64,000 bases of DNA. Source: Chitinophaga pinensis. Its GTDB lineage: Bacteria > Bacteroidota > Bacteroidia > Chitinophagales > Chitinophagaceae. Where the stretch lies: the NCBI GenBank assembly GCA_945862385.1, contig CAMAXV010000003.1:156522-220521 (forward strand), read 5' to 3'. Made by a program: the position numbers and the translations under genes. Below, piece by piece: positions 56,097 to 64,000 of this stretch. How positions within the stretch are numbered: position 1 is the first letter of the stretch; each line of letters begins with the position of its first letter. The notes under the pieces were generated by a model, which worked only from the letters and a program-made list of their open reading frames with translations, did no database searches and had not been told where the DNA came from.

Positions 56097-56789
56097 TCAG
56101 TGAATCAGTCCTTTGGTATCTACAGGAATAGCTGGACTCATAGTAGCAGCCATGAAAAGACTTTTCAGATAAGTTCCTTTTGCAGTTGAAGGCTTAGCCT
56201 TAATGATTGCATTGAGGAACTCCTGACTGTTTTCAGCAATTTTCTCTGGAGAAAAACTAACACGACCAATAGAGGCATGAACGATACCTGCCTTATCTAC
56301 TTTGAAGGCTACCTTACCAGCTTTAACATCCTTAATGGCTGATGCTACATCATTGGTAACTGTACCGGTTTTGGGATTCGGCATCAGGTTACGTGGACCT
56401 AACACTTTACCTAACTTACCAATTTTTGGCATTACAGAAGGTGTTGCGATAATAACGTCGATATCGGTCCAACCACTTTCTATTTTCTGAATAAACTCGT
56501 CGAGCCCTACATGGTCAGCTCCGGCAGCATTCGCTTCTGCTTCCTTTTCAGGTGTGCAGAGAACAAGTACTTTCTTTGTTTTACCAGTGCCATGCGGCAG
56601 GGTTACTGTACCTCTTACTGCTTGGTCAGCTTTCTTAGGATCAACACCCAATCTTACATGTAAGTCTACTGAACTATCGAATTTGGTGCAGTTAATTTGC
56701 TTCACCATACCGGAAGCTTCTGCAAGCGTATAAAACTTATTGCTATCTACTTTACCTGCAACAGCTTTTCTTTTTTTTGTGATTCCCAT
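56097..56789 (-). CDS. rplA: 50S ribosomal protein L1
   Basis: [30 protein letters not shown] and [16 protein letters not shown] blocks. Confidence 0.95.
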   Translation of the reverse strand: MGITKKRKAVAGKVDSNKFYTLAEASGMVKQINCTKFDSSVDLHVRLGVDPKKADQAVRGTVTLPHGTGKTKKVLVLCTPEKEAEANAAGADHVGLDEFIQKIESGWTDIDVIIATPSVMPKIGKLGKVLGPRNLMPNPKTGTVTNDVASAIKDVKAGKVAFKVDKAGIVHASIGRVSFSPEKIAENSQEFLNAIIKAKPSTAKGTYLKSLFMAATMSPAIPVDTKGLIH

Positions 56790-56816
56790 CTTAATGATGT
56801 TTTAAGGTGTGATCAA

Positions 56817-57260
56817 TTAATTTTCCCAGGGGGCTTTACCATCTACGAGCAAACCCATACTTCTCGCAGTACCAGCTACCATTTTCATGGCACTTTCCAG
56901 CGTAAAGCAATTCAGATCAGGCATTTTGTCTTTTGCAATTGCCTCTACCTGTTCCCAGGTTACTTTGCCAACCTTTAAACGATTAGGCTCTTTGGAACCA
57001 CTTTGAAGCTTACTGGCTTCAAGCAACTGAACGGCTGCAGGTGGTGTTTTGATGACAAATTCGAAAGATTTGTCTGTGTAAACAGTAATGAGGGCAGGTA
57101 AAATCTTACCTATCTTGTCTTGAGTTCTGGCATTGAATTGCTTACAGAACTCCATGATGTTGACACCCTTTGAACCCAGAGCTGGTCCAACAGGTGGTGC
57201 AGGATTAGCTTGTCCGCCTTTAACCTGCAACTTTACATAGCCAGAAATTTCTTTAGCCAT
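56817..57260 (-). CDS. rplK: 50S ribosomal protein L11
   Basis: [37 protein letters not shown] signature. Confidence 0.95.
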   Translation of the reverse strand: MAKEISGYVKLQVKGGQANPAPPVGPALGSKGVNIMEFCKQFNARTQDKIGKILPALITVYTDKSFEFVIKTPPAAVQLLEASKLQSGSKEPNRLKVGKVTWEQVEAIAKDKMPDLNCFTLESAMKMVAGTARSMGLLVDGKAPWEN

Positions 57261-57344
57261 ATTAAATTGTTTTTTTGGTGATAACGTTCAGACATTTTGC
57301 CTGAACTCCCATGTCCATTCAAAAAGAACTTTCGATTGGGGATG

Positions 57345-57376
57345 CAAATTTAAATGGAAAAAGCCATATTTTCAAA
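57345..57376 (-). promoter_or_regulatory. putative sigma-A promoter of rplKAJL
   Basis: On the minus strand: TTTG (57376-57373), a 20-nt spacer, then TAAATTTG (57352-57345). This leaves an ~85-nt leader containing the hairpin GTTCAG-N9-CTGAAC. Confidence 0.45.
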
Positions 57377-57478
57377 TAGCAACAAAAAATTAATTGACAT
57401 AATGTATAGCAGAATAGATAATTATTACTAATTTTCATATCAGGACATCAATTATCATTAATTTTCAAACAGTTACAC

Positions 57479-58225
57479 ATGGCAACAGCAAAAAAACCTG
57501 CAAAAAAGGCCGCTAAAAAAGCAGCTCCTAAGAAGGCAGCTTCCAAACCGGCAAAAAAAGCTGTAAAGAAAGCTGCACCAAAAAAAGCAGCAAAAAAGGC
57601 AGCACCCAAAGCAGTGAAAAAAGCTGCACCCAAAAAAGCAGTAAAAAAAGCAGCTCCGAAGAAGGCCGCTAAGAAAACAGCCTCAAAAACAATCAAAAAG
57701 GCCGCACCTAAAAAAGGGGCACTAAAGCAAACTGCCAAAAAAGCAGCTAAAAAAGCTACTCCGGTAAAAGCAGCAAAAAAAGTGGCTAAAAAAGCTGCAG
57801 CAGCAAAAACAGTTAAAAAAGTAGTTGTTAAATCAGCATCAAAGAAAACAATTAAGCAAGCCGCCCCTGTAAAATCAGCCAAAGCTGTAGTAAAGCCGGC
57901 AGCAAAAAAGACAGCAAAACCGGCCCCTAAACCAGTTGCTGCTAATAGCACAAAAAAGACTTCTACGCCAGTTGCTAAGACAGTTAAGTCCGCCGCTGCT
58001 AAAAAAGCTGCACCTGTCGCAAAACCTACAGTTAAAAAACCCGCAGTTAGAAAAGCTGCAGCCAAAAAAGATATCAATTCCGGAATACCTGCACAGGCAG
58101 ATAATACAACTGAGATCCCAGTAACTCAGCCTGAAACAGAAACTCCTGAAACAGCATTGAACAATGCTTCAGAAGATGTTCAGTCCACTGAAAACCAGGA
58201 GCCTACACCTGATTCACAGGATTAA
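57479..58225 (+). CDS. histone-H1-like lysine/alanine/proline-rich protein with acidic C-terminal tail
   Basis: 248 aa. About 200 aa are AKKAA/PKKA repeats (MATAKKPAKKAAKKAAPKKAASKPAKKAVKKAAPKK...). The last ~45 aa are lysine-free and acidic (TEIPVTQPETETPETALNNASEDVQSTENQEPTPDSQD). It has an ATG start and a terminator hairpin downstream. Confidence 0.65.
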   Translation: MATAKKPAKKAAKKAAPKKAASKPAKKAVKKAAPKKAAKKAAPKAVKKAAPKKAVKKAAPKKAAKKTASKTIKKAAPKKGALKQTAKKAAKKATPVKAAKKVAKKAAAAKTVKKVVVKSASKKTIKQAAPVKSAKAVVKPAAKKTAKPAPKPVAANSTKKTSTPVAKTVKSAAAKKAAPVAKPTVKKPAVRKAAAKKDINSGIPAQADNTTEIPVTQPETETPETALNNASEDVQSTENQEPTPDSQD

Positions 58226-58233
58226 ATGGTAAT

Positions 58234-58262
58234 AAAAAAGGGTAGCATTGCTACCCTTTTTT
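58234..58262. terminator. bidirectional terminator between the H1-like gene and nusG
   Basis: AAAAAA-GGGTAGC-ATT-GCTACCC-TTTTTT. It has a 7-bp stem and is flanked by an A-run and a T-run, so it can act on both strands. Confidence 0.7.
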
Positions 58263-58280
58263 ATTACGCTTCATACAAGC

Positions 58281-58847
58281 TTAAGATATTTTTTCTACCT
58301 GCATATAATTTAACTCTACAGGAGTTGACCTTCCGAATATTTTCACGGTCACTTTCAATTTCTTCTTTTCGTCATTTACTTCTTCGATTACGCCATTGAA
58401 ATCGTTGAATGGACCATCCACAATCTTGATTGTTTCACCGATGATGAATGGTTCGCTCATAATCATACCCGAAGCATCACTCATCTCGTCAATTTTCCCG
58501 AGCATCTTGTTGACCTCAGCTTTTCTCAAAGCTATCGGATTTTCTTTTCCAAGAAAATGAATAACATTGGTTGTATTCTTAATTGCCGAGATTATATCGT
58601 CATGTAACTTCCCGCCTGCACACTCAATCATAACATAACCAGGATAAAAATTACGCTCACGCATAACTTTTTTTCCATTCTGAACCTTATAGACTTTTTC
58701 AACAGGAAGAAATATCTGCTTTATAACCAAATCCCATCCTTCGTTACGCTGTATTTCCTTATCCAGGTACTCTTTAACCTTACGTTCCTTTCCGCTGATA
58801 ACCCGCAGCACATACCATTTGGTCTCCTGTTGTGTTGTTGTCTCCAT
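58281..58847 (-). CDS. nusG: transcription termination/antitermination protein NusG
   Basis: KWYVLRVISGKERKV (NGN domain) and a C-terminal KOW (GETIKIVDGPFNDFNGVIEEV). The ATG at 58847 is preferred over the GTG at 58859. Confidence 0.95.
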   Translation of the reverse strand: METTTQQETKWYVLRVISGKERKVKEYLDKEIQRNEGWDLVIKQIFLPVEKVYKVQNGKKVMRERNFYPGYVMIECAGGKLHDDIISAIKNTTNVIHFLGKENPIALRKAEVNKMLGKIDEMSDASGMIMSEPFIIGETIKIVDGPFNDFNGVIEEVNDEKKKLKVTVKIFGRSTPVELNYMQVEKIS

Positions 58848-58855
58848 GTTGCCGA

Positions 58856-59050
58856 TCACTTGTACAGTGAGTAAATGAATTTCAGTAAGGAACTGCTTCC
58901 CAGGTCAAGCACCCATACAATTGCGGTAATCACCAAAGTGGCGACCAATACAATCATGGTTGACTGCTGTAACTGTTGCCAAGTGGGCCAGGTTACCTTT
59001 TCCATCAGCTCCCGGTAGGAGTCCCTGAAGTATGTCTGGATTTTGTTCAT
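58856..59050 (-). CDS. secE: preprotein translocase subunit SecE
   Basis: 64 aa from the ATG at 59050. It has ELMEKVTWPTWQQL followed by one TM helix, and sits between tRNA-Trp and nusG. Confidence 0.85.
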   Translation of the reverse strand: MNKIQTYFRDSYRELMEKVTWPTWQQLQQSTMIVLVATLVITAIVWVLDLGSSSLLKFIYSLYK

Positions 59051-59100
59051 GTTAATTGCTTTAATGCTGTCTATCACGAAGATAAACATTGTTTCGTTCG

Positions 59101-59171
59101 CACGGGCACTCGGATTCGAACCAAGATCAAAGGTTTTGGAGACCTCTATTCTACCATTGAACTATGCCCGT
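59101..59171 (-). tRNA. tRNA-Trp (anticodon CCA)
   Basis: Hand fold of the reverse complement. The acceptor ACGGGCA pairs with TGCCCGT, the anticodon loop is CTCCAAA and the T-arm is TGGTTCGAATCCG. It occupies the conserved tuf-tRNA-Trp-secE position. Confidence 0.9.
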
Positions 59172-59261
59172 TCTTTAAGAAACAAAGTACCCGGATAAGA
59201 ATCCAGGTACTTTGTTATTTATGCTTTTGGAGGAATGCAACTTAGTGCACCCTTCCATGGC

Positions 59262-60449
59262 TTATTTCAGGATCTCAGTAACCTGTCCGGCACCAACTGT
59301 ACGACCACCTTCGCGGATCGCAAATTTCAGACCTCTTTCCATGGCGATAGGCTGAATCAATTTAACTTTCAAATTGATGTTATCACCAGGCATAACCATT
59401 TCAGTACCTGCTGGCAGTTCACACTCACCGGTTACGTCTGTAGTACGGAAATAGAACTGAGGACGATATTTGTTGAAGAAAGGAGTATGACGTCCACCTT
59501 CATCTTTGCTGAGTACATAAACCTCACCATTGAACTCGGTGTGTGGAGTGATTGAACCTGGCTTACAAATTACCATACCGCGACGGATCTGGCTCTTTTC
59601 AATACCACGGAGCAACAAACCTGCATTATCACCAGCCTCACCTTCGTCAAGAAGCTTGCGGAACATTTCAACTCCGGTAACAGTTGAAGTAAGTTTATCT
59701 TCCTGCATACCAACGATTTCAACACCCTCACCAACTTTGATCCTTCCACGCTCAATACGACCAGTAGCAACTGTACCACGACCAGTAATAGTGAATACGT
59801 CTTCAACAGACATAAGGAAAGCCATATCAACTGGACGAGGAGGAAGCGGAATATACTCGTCAACAGCATTCATCAACTCATTTACTTTAGCAACCCACTG
59901 TTCTTCACCGGCAAGAGCACCAGTTGCAGAACCCTGGATAACTGGAGTATTGTCTCCGTCAAATCCACGCTTGGACAACTCTTCACGAATTTCCATCTCA
60001 ACAAGCTCAAGCAATTCAGGATCATCAACAAGGTCAACCTTGTTCATGAATACAACAATACGGGGAACACCTACCTGACGGGCAAGCAGGATATGTTCTT
60101 TGGTTTGGGGCATTGGACCATCGGTAGCAGCAACAACAAGAACAGCACCATCCATCTGTGCAGCACCTGTAATCATGTTCTTTACATAGTCAGCGTGGCC
60201 CGGACAGTCAACGTGCGCATAGTGACGAGCATCAGTCTCGTACTCAACGTGTGCAGTATTGATTGTGATACCCCTTTCTTTTTCTTCAGGAGCACCGTCA
60301 ATCTCATCATACTTCTTGGCTTGAGCAAGACCCCTCTTGGAAAGGATGTCAGTGATTGCCGCAGTCAGTGTGGTTTTACCATGGTCAACGTGACCGATCG
60401 TACCAATGTTTACGTGGGGTTTGTCCCGCTTAAAAGTCTCTTTAGACAT
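59262..60449 (-). CDS. tuf: elongation factor Tu
   Basis: [18 protein letters not shown] and NKVD motifs; 395 aa. Confidence 0.98.
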   Translation of the reverse strand: MSKETFKRDKPHVNIGTIGHVDHGKTTLTAAITDILSKRGLAQAKKYDEIDGAPEEKERGITINTAHVEYETDARHYAHVDCPGHADYVKNMITGAAQMDGAVLVVAATDGPMPQTKEHILLARQVGVPRIVVFMNKVDLVDDPELLELVEMEIREELSKRGFDGDNTPVIQGSATGALAGEEQWVAKVNELMNAVDEYIPLPPRPVDMAFLMSVEDVFTITGRGTVATGRIERGRIKVGEGVEIVGMQEDKLTSTVTGVEMFRKLLDEGEAGDNAGLLLRGIEKSQIRRGMVICKPGSITPHTEFNGEVYVLSKDEGGRHTPFFNKYRPQFYFRTTDVTGECELPAGTEMVMPGDNINLKVKLIQPIAMERGLKFAIREGGRTVGAGQVTEILK

Positions 60450-60498
60450 TGTTATCCGTTTTTGTTTGTTTTAACTTTGTTACCTATTGAAACGCCCG

Positions 60499-60529
60499 CA
60501 AAGTTATTCACTTTGGGACGATATTCAAA
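60499..60529 (-). promoter_or_regulatory. putative sigma-A promoter of tuf
   Basis: On the minus strand: TTTG (60529-60526), a 19-nt spacer, then TAACTTTG (60506-60499). The TAACTTTG box ends ~50 nt upstream of the tuf ATG. Confidence 0.4.
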
Positions 60530-60552
60530 AGTTATTTTCCCGGTAAGGTGTG

Positions 60553-60624
<72 letters not shown>

Positions 60625-60656
60625 TTGATTGTCCGCACAGCCAGGCGGCATGTTTG

Positions 60657-60729
60657 AGCGGGAGACGAGGCTCGAACCCGCGACCTATAGCTTGGAAGGC
60701 TATCGCTCTACCAACTGAGCTACTCCCGC
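60657..60729 (-). tRNA. tRNA-Gly (anticodon TCC)
   Basis: In the reverse complement the acceptor is GCGGGAG/CTCCCGC. The anticodon stem-loop is ATAGC-CTTCCAA-GCTAT. Confidence 0.9.
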
Positions 60730-60777
60730 ATTTGCATAACGTTAGGATTCAACCCTTACCGGCAGGATAAAGGCGAG

Positions 60778-60860
60778 TGGGCAGGAGTGGATTCGAACCA
60801 CTGAAGTCGAAAGACAGCGGATTTACAGTCCGCCCCATTTGGCCGCTCTGGAACCTGCCC
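60778..60860 (-). tRNA. tRNA-Tyr (anticodon GTA), class II with long variable arm
   Basis: In the reverse complement the acceptor is GGGCAGG/CCTGCCC. The anticodon loop is CTGTAAA and the length is 83 nt. Confidence 0.9.
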
Positions 60861-60878
60861 GCACATTCAGCTTACCTG

Positions 60879-60951
60879 AGCCAGAGAAGGGACTCGAACC
60901 CCCGACCAGCTGATTACAAATCAGCTGCTCTACCAACTGAGCTACTCTGGC
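60879..60951 (-). tRNA. tRNA-Thr (anticodon TGT)
   Basis: In the reverse complement the acceptor is GCCAGAG/CTCTGGC. The anticodon stem-loop is CTGAT-TTGTAAT-CAG region, with anticodon TGT. Confidence 0.9.
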
Positions 60952-61098
60952 AAATGAGAACATGGTATCTTGGCTGGAATACCTACCGTTATGCACAAAA
61001 CTTTTAAGATCTGCCCCTTTTTGGGGAATGCAAAGGTAATGGAAAAATTTATATGCAAAAATTATGTTCTCATTTTTTTTTGAAAATTTCATTTCAGC

Positions 61099-61407
61099 CT
61101 ATACAAGCTGCTTTTCTTTGACCTTCTTGATTTGAACCAAAATAGAATCAAGGGCAAGATCAAACGATTCTTCAAAAGATTTGGTGCTCTGCTTAACAAA
61201 TAATTCATGTCTCGGAATGGTTACCCGGATTTCCGCAATTTTGTCTTTGATCTGATGTACCACGTTATCTAACTTAAGGAAAACATCTACGCGCATAATC
61301 CTGTCATGATGCTGACTCAATTTGGCCACCTTCTTTTCAACGTGGTCCATTAATTTGGCATCGGCATCAAAATGCACAGTGTGTACGTTAACAGTCATGG
61401 TTTTCAA
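61099..61407 (-). CDS. hpf: ribosome hibernation-promoting factor / RaiA family protein
   Basis: 102 aa. The pattern V.V....F.....L..HVEKKV.KL...HDRI..V.V.L matches the short HPF/YfiA fold. Confidence 0.8.
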   Translation of the reverse strand: MKTMTVNVHTVHFDADAKLMDHVEKKVAKLSQHHDRIMRVDVFLKLDNVVHQIKDKIAEIRVTIPRHELFVKQSTKSFEESFDLALDSILVQIKKVKEKQLV

Positions 61408-61493
61408 CTTTTAGGTTATAGATAAAACATATCACCTTTAAGTTACGAAAAAAGCAGGATTATAGTGGAATGATTCGTTAAAATTGACCAACA

Positions 61494-62396
61494 TCATCCC
61501 TTGGGATGGGCCTTTTTGTGAATATCCCTGAGCCTTTCAATGCTGTTGTGTGTATAGACCTGTGTTGCAGCCAGGCTGGTATGCCCTAGCAGCTCCTTGA
61601 CGGCATTCAATTCAGCCCCGTTGTTGGTAAGATGCGTTGCAAAACTATGCCTTAAGACATGTGGCCCCCTTTTGTCTGACGTAGTAACCTGTAATAAAGT
61701 CTTGCTGACTATGTCGTATACCTGTCTTGCAGTTGGAGGCTTTTGCTTCCCGGTTAATAAAACCTGATCATGTAAAGCATCAGGATATAACTTAACTTTT
61801 TCTGACTGGTAATTGCTCAACAGTGAAATGAGTCCGGCATGAATGGGTATTATCCGCTCTTTATTACCCTTTCCTAATACCTTGATTTGCCCTCGGGCCA
61901 AATCAAGCTGATTTGATTTCAGATTGACCAACTCACTCACCCGGATACCAGTAAAATAAAGCAAACTGATGATCAAATAACTGGTTTTACCCTGAAAATC
62001 ATGCGGAAACTGAACGTCGCTGAGCAAACGCTCCATTTTATCTTTCTCGATATACGCCGGAAGTCTTTTTTTCACTTTCAGAACTGGAATGGCGTTAGCC
62101 GGACTCCCCTTTATCTGCCCCGCAATTTGGCAGAACTTAAATAATGCTTTGAGGCTTGACAATTTTCTGTTGATACTTTTAGCCTGGATTTTCTTCATTG
62201 ACAAATCTGCCATCCATGAACGAATCATGGCAGGTGTTATCAATTCAGGATCAGCTACATCGAACAACTGCCTGGCAAAATTGAAAAATGAAGTAATGTC
62301 GTCTGAATATGCCCTGATCGTATGAACAGAAAGCCTTCTTTCATATTTTATATGATCCAAAAAACGCTGGACAAAAAATACATGATTGTTTGACAT
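61494..62396 (-). CDS. tyrosine recombinase (XerC/XerD-like)
   Basis: 300 aa, with TGIRVSEL (Arg), HVLRHSFATHL (HxxR) and LGHTSLAATQVYTH (His...Tyr). It has the conserved Bacteroidota position between rpsU and hpf. Confidence 0.85.
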   Translation of the reverse strand: MSNNHVFFVQRFLDHIKYERRLSVHTIRAYSDDITSFFNFARQLFDVADPELITPAMIRSWMADLSMKKIQAKSINRKLSSLKALFKFCQIAGQIKGSPANAIPVLKVKKRLPAYIEKDKMERLLSDVQFPHDFQGKTSYLIISLLYFTGIRVSELVNLKSNQLDLARGQIKVLGKGNKERIIPIHAGLISLLSNYQSEKVKLYPDALHDQVLLTGKQKPPTARQVYDIVSKTLLQVTTSDKRGPHVLRHSFATHLTNNGAELNAVKELLGHTSLAATQVYTHNSIERLRDIHKKAHPKG

Positions 62397-62458
62397 AAAA
62401 AAAGGTAGTCATAAAGTTAGGAAACCTTATGACTACCGATCAATATATTTGAAAGCTT

Positions 62459-62656
62459 TTAAGCTTCGATTGTTCCGTTGAATATTTTTTGCTTATAGAT
62501 AGCCTTCAGAACCTCTCCCCTGCGCTTTACAGATGGCTTTGTGAACGACTGACGTTCACGCAACTGCAAGAGGGTTTTGGCTTTCTCATACTTCTTCTTG
62601 TACTTCTTAAGTGCCTTGTCTATGTTTTCGCAATCTTTGGAATCGATAATCAGCAT
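62459..62656 (-). CDS. rpsU: 30S ribosomal protein S21
   Basis: 65 aa from the ATG at 62656: MLIIDSKDCENIDKALKKYKKKYEKAKTLLQLRERQSFTKPSVKRR... The longer track ORF (to 62971) is an unsupported N-terminal extension antisense to ribE. Confidence 0.85.
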   Translation of the reverse strand: MLIIDSKDCENIDKALKKYKKKYEKAKTLLQLRERQSFTKPSVKRRGEVLKAIYKQKIFNGTIEA

Positions 62657-62762
62657 AGTATAATCCGTTTTTTCGGAGGGCAAAGATACATCTTTTAATG
62701 AAATCACCAAATTGAATACAAAAATCATTTTTTCATGCCGACATTTGCAAAAATAATTATTG

Positions 62763-63344
62763 ATGTTTACCGGAATTATTGAAGCTACAGGAGTTATCCA
62801 TTCATTGGAACAACCCGAAAACAACCTGGTTGCCTGGATTGAAGCACCCTTTATACAGCATGTTAAACTGGACCAAAGTATTGCGCATGACGGGGTTTGT
62901 CTGACGGTTGATGGTATCAAAGATTCTCTGTACCGTGTAACTGCAGTAAAGGAAACATTGGATAAAACCAACCTTAGTAATTGGAAACCAGGAAATTACA
63001 TAAATCTTGAAAGAGCAATGAAACTGGGAGACCGCTTAGACGGACACCTGGTTCAGGGACATGTAGACGCCACAGGGACCTGTATTGAAATTGCCGAAAA
63101 CGGAGGAAGTTGGCTTTTTACTTTTGAATACCCTGAAAAATTTATGCCGCTGCTCATTGAAAAGGGTTCTATCTGCGTCAATGGAACAAGTCTGACTGCA
63201 TTCGGATTAAATGCAAACAAATTTATGGTTACTATAATACCCTATACCTACGACCATACCAACATATCCCGTTTGTGTGTTGGAGATCTTGTAAACCTTG
63301 AATTTGATTTAGTAGGGAAATATATTCAGCGCATCAAGATGTAG
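62763..63344 (+). CDS. ribE: riboflavin synthase alpha chain
   Basis: MFTGIIE N-terminus and duplicated GDxVNLE-type barrel motifs (GNYINLERA and GDLVNLEFD). Confidence 0.9.
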   Translation: MFTGIIEATGVIHSLEQPENNLVAWIEAPFIQHVKLDQSIAHDGVCLTVDGIKDSLYRVTAVKETLDKTNLSNWKPGNYINLERAMKLGDRLDGHLVQGHVDATGTCIEIAENGGSWLFTFEYPEKFMPLLIEKGSICVNGTSLTAFGLNANKFMVTIIPYTYDHTNISRLCVGDLVNLEFDLVGKYIQRIKM

Positions 63345-63465
63345 CTGCGCAATCAATATCGTCATTTGCATCGATTATCCCTTCAACTTTACCAACTACA
63401 TTGCAGGTGGCGAGGGTTTGGCTTATTGGTAACAACTCAATTTCAGGTTTAATCCATTCCTTCAT
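63334..63465 (-). CDS. candidate RiPP (lasso-type) precursor peptide, 43 aa
   Basis: The ATG at 63465 gives MKEWIKPEIELLPISQTLATCNVVGKVEGIIDANDDIDCAATS. W-x-x-P-x-I...T-x is leader-like. The C-terminal part is acidic with two Cys and a terminal Ser. It overlaps the 3' end of the Asn-synthase-like gene by 17 nt. This is speculative. Confidence 0.3.
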   Translation of the reverse strand: MKEWIKPEIELLPISQTLATCNVVGKVEGIIDANDDIDCAATS

Positions 63466-64000
63466 GTCGGGTATATATATCAAATTTAAACTTTTTCCCT
63501 GGCAAATGGTATTTTTTAAGCAGTTCAAATAATGAAAGAAGTCTTAAAATATCTCCCCCTTTCAAAATACCGGCTGTTTGTATCCCCCACCTTTTCATCA
63601 AATGCATGTCTTTTCCAGCCTGTTCAGCATTTAAAACCCCTTGTACACTGCTGTCATTTTCAAGGCTTTGCATCATACCCTTAATACCTTTACTTTCCAT
63701 CAAACGCAGTCCAATATCGAAGGCCTGTGGGAATGGCACTCTTTTGTTGATTATGCTTTCATCGATCATCCCTTTCATGATGGAACGGTACAGGAATTTA
63801 CGCCTCCCATGCTGAAAGAACAACCTTTCAGGCAATCCAAAACTGAGGCCGACAAGCCGGCGGTCAGCACTTGGATCTACAACCACCATGCCATAATTTA
63901 AGTTGTCAAGCATGCTATAAATGCCAAGCTGATCTGTTGTTGTACTGAAAATCTTTTTCCTAAGCCTCTTCGGATCTGATCCTGAAGCATAACCTGGAAC
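63449..64000 (-). CDS. asparagine-synthase-family protein, C-terminal part (5' end beyond window); possible lasso cyclase
   Basis: The frame is open from the window edge (VPGYASGSDPKRLRKKIF...). The block VVDPSADRRLVGLSFGLPERLFFQHGRRKFLYRSIMKGMIDESIINKRVPFP resembles the AsnB/lasso-cyclase C-terminal LD.RLVEF...LP......K.ilR.a....lP..i..R.K region. Confidence 0.5.
   Translation of the reverse strand, partial: VPGYASGSDPKRLRKKIFSTTTDQLGIYSMLDNLNYGMVVVDPSADRRLVGLSFGLPERLFFQHGRRKFLYRSIMKGMIDESIINKRVPFPQAFDIGLRLMESKGIKGMMQSLENDSSVQGVLNAEQAGKDMHLMKRWGIQTAGILKGGDILRLLSLFELLKKYHLPGKKFKFDIYTRHEGMD

Noticed and set aside
57448-58077. 209-aa minus-strand ORF (FLAAAF...-rich) exactly antisense to the H1-like gene
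   Set aside because: It is the mirror image of the AAG/GCN repeat codons (CTT/NGC gives Leu/Phe/Ala). It has no start context or terminator, and its hydrophobic low-complexity product is implausible. The plus-strand reading has an ATG, a coherent domain structure and a terminator.
57479-58100. Short-period nucleotide repeats (AAAAAAGC[A/T]GC...) that could superficially resemble a repeat array or CRISPR
   Set aside because: The periodicity is codon-level (AKK/AAK repeats) and there are no unique spacers of constant length. It is coding low complexity, not a CRISPR or VNTR locus. No CRISPR array was seen anywhere in the window.
61494-62396. XerC-like tyrosine recombinase as a marker of a second mobile element near the tRNA cluster
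   Set aside because: No flanking direct repeats or foreign-looking cargo are present. The gene sits in the rpsU-recombinase-hpf-tRNA-tuf arrangement that I recall as conserved in Bacteroidota chromosomes, so it is most likely a housekeeping Xer-type recombinase.
62657-62971. N-terminal 105-aa extension of the rpsU ORF (track ORF 62459-62971)
   Set aside because: S21 is a ~65-aa protein and the internal ATG at 62656 gives a canonical S21. The extension is antisense to the ribE 5' end and crosses the intergenic promoter region.

Overview
This is a 64-kb chromosomal window from a Bacteroidota-type genome. Supporting signs are a SusC/SusD pair, a T9SS C-terminal sorting tail, TTTG-N19-20-TAnnTTTG promoters, and the conserved order tRNA-Thr/Tyr/Gly/Thr, tuf, tRNA-Trp, secE, nusG, rplKAJL, rpoB. 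Content from left to right: (1) Housekeeping genes: partial clpC, a STAS-like ORF, RNase Z, a leaderless alpha-carbonic anhydrase, and gluQ. (2) A truncated tRNA-Asp copy and an intact tRNA-Asp. A visibly AT-richer ~6.1-kb integrative element is inserted in the 3' end of the intact gene (18-bp att repeats at 4473-4490 and 10579-10596). The element carries an integrase, an RteC-like ORF, an excisionase-type HTH, a RecA/DnaB-like P-loop ATPase, an unlisted 54-aa acidic Trp-repeat ORF, a DUF5681/small-terminase-like ORF, a zinc-ribbon/Toprim primase-like gene and one cargo ORF. It has no relaxase and no capsid genes. I consider it the best candidate for an undescribed system (a minimal phage-satellite-like island). 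(3) A locus with all nine steps of aerobic heme biosynthesis (hemJ, hemH, then divergently hemA, C, D, E, F, B, L). (4) A polysaccharide-utilisation locus with three lyase-like proteins, a BNR-4 protein, SusC/SusD and two lipoproteins, with no regulator gene. (5) accA, dapA, a bacterial GRAS-like methyltransferase-fold gene, aat, GH88, a ModF-like ABC ATPase, a Rieske lipoprotein plus TonB receptor, a GH13 amylase, DUF47/PiT and an esterase. (6) The rif/str ribosomal region. It has two synteny anomalies: rpoB ends at a strong terminator with no rpoC downstream, and an opposite-strand histone-H1-like gene sits between nusG and rplK. (7) hpf, a XerC-like recombinase, rpsU and ribE. (8) At the right edge, the C-terminal part of an asparagine-synthase-like gene overlaps a 43-aa ORF that looks like a lasso-type RiPP precursor. 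No CRISPR array, rRNA or transposase was seen. All functional calls rest on motif recognition by eye; no database search was run.
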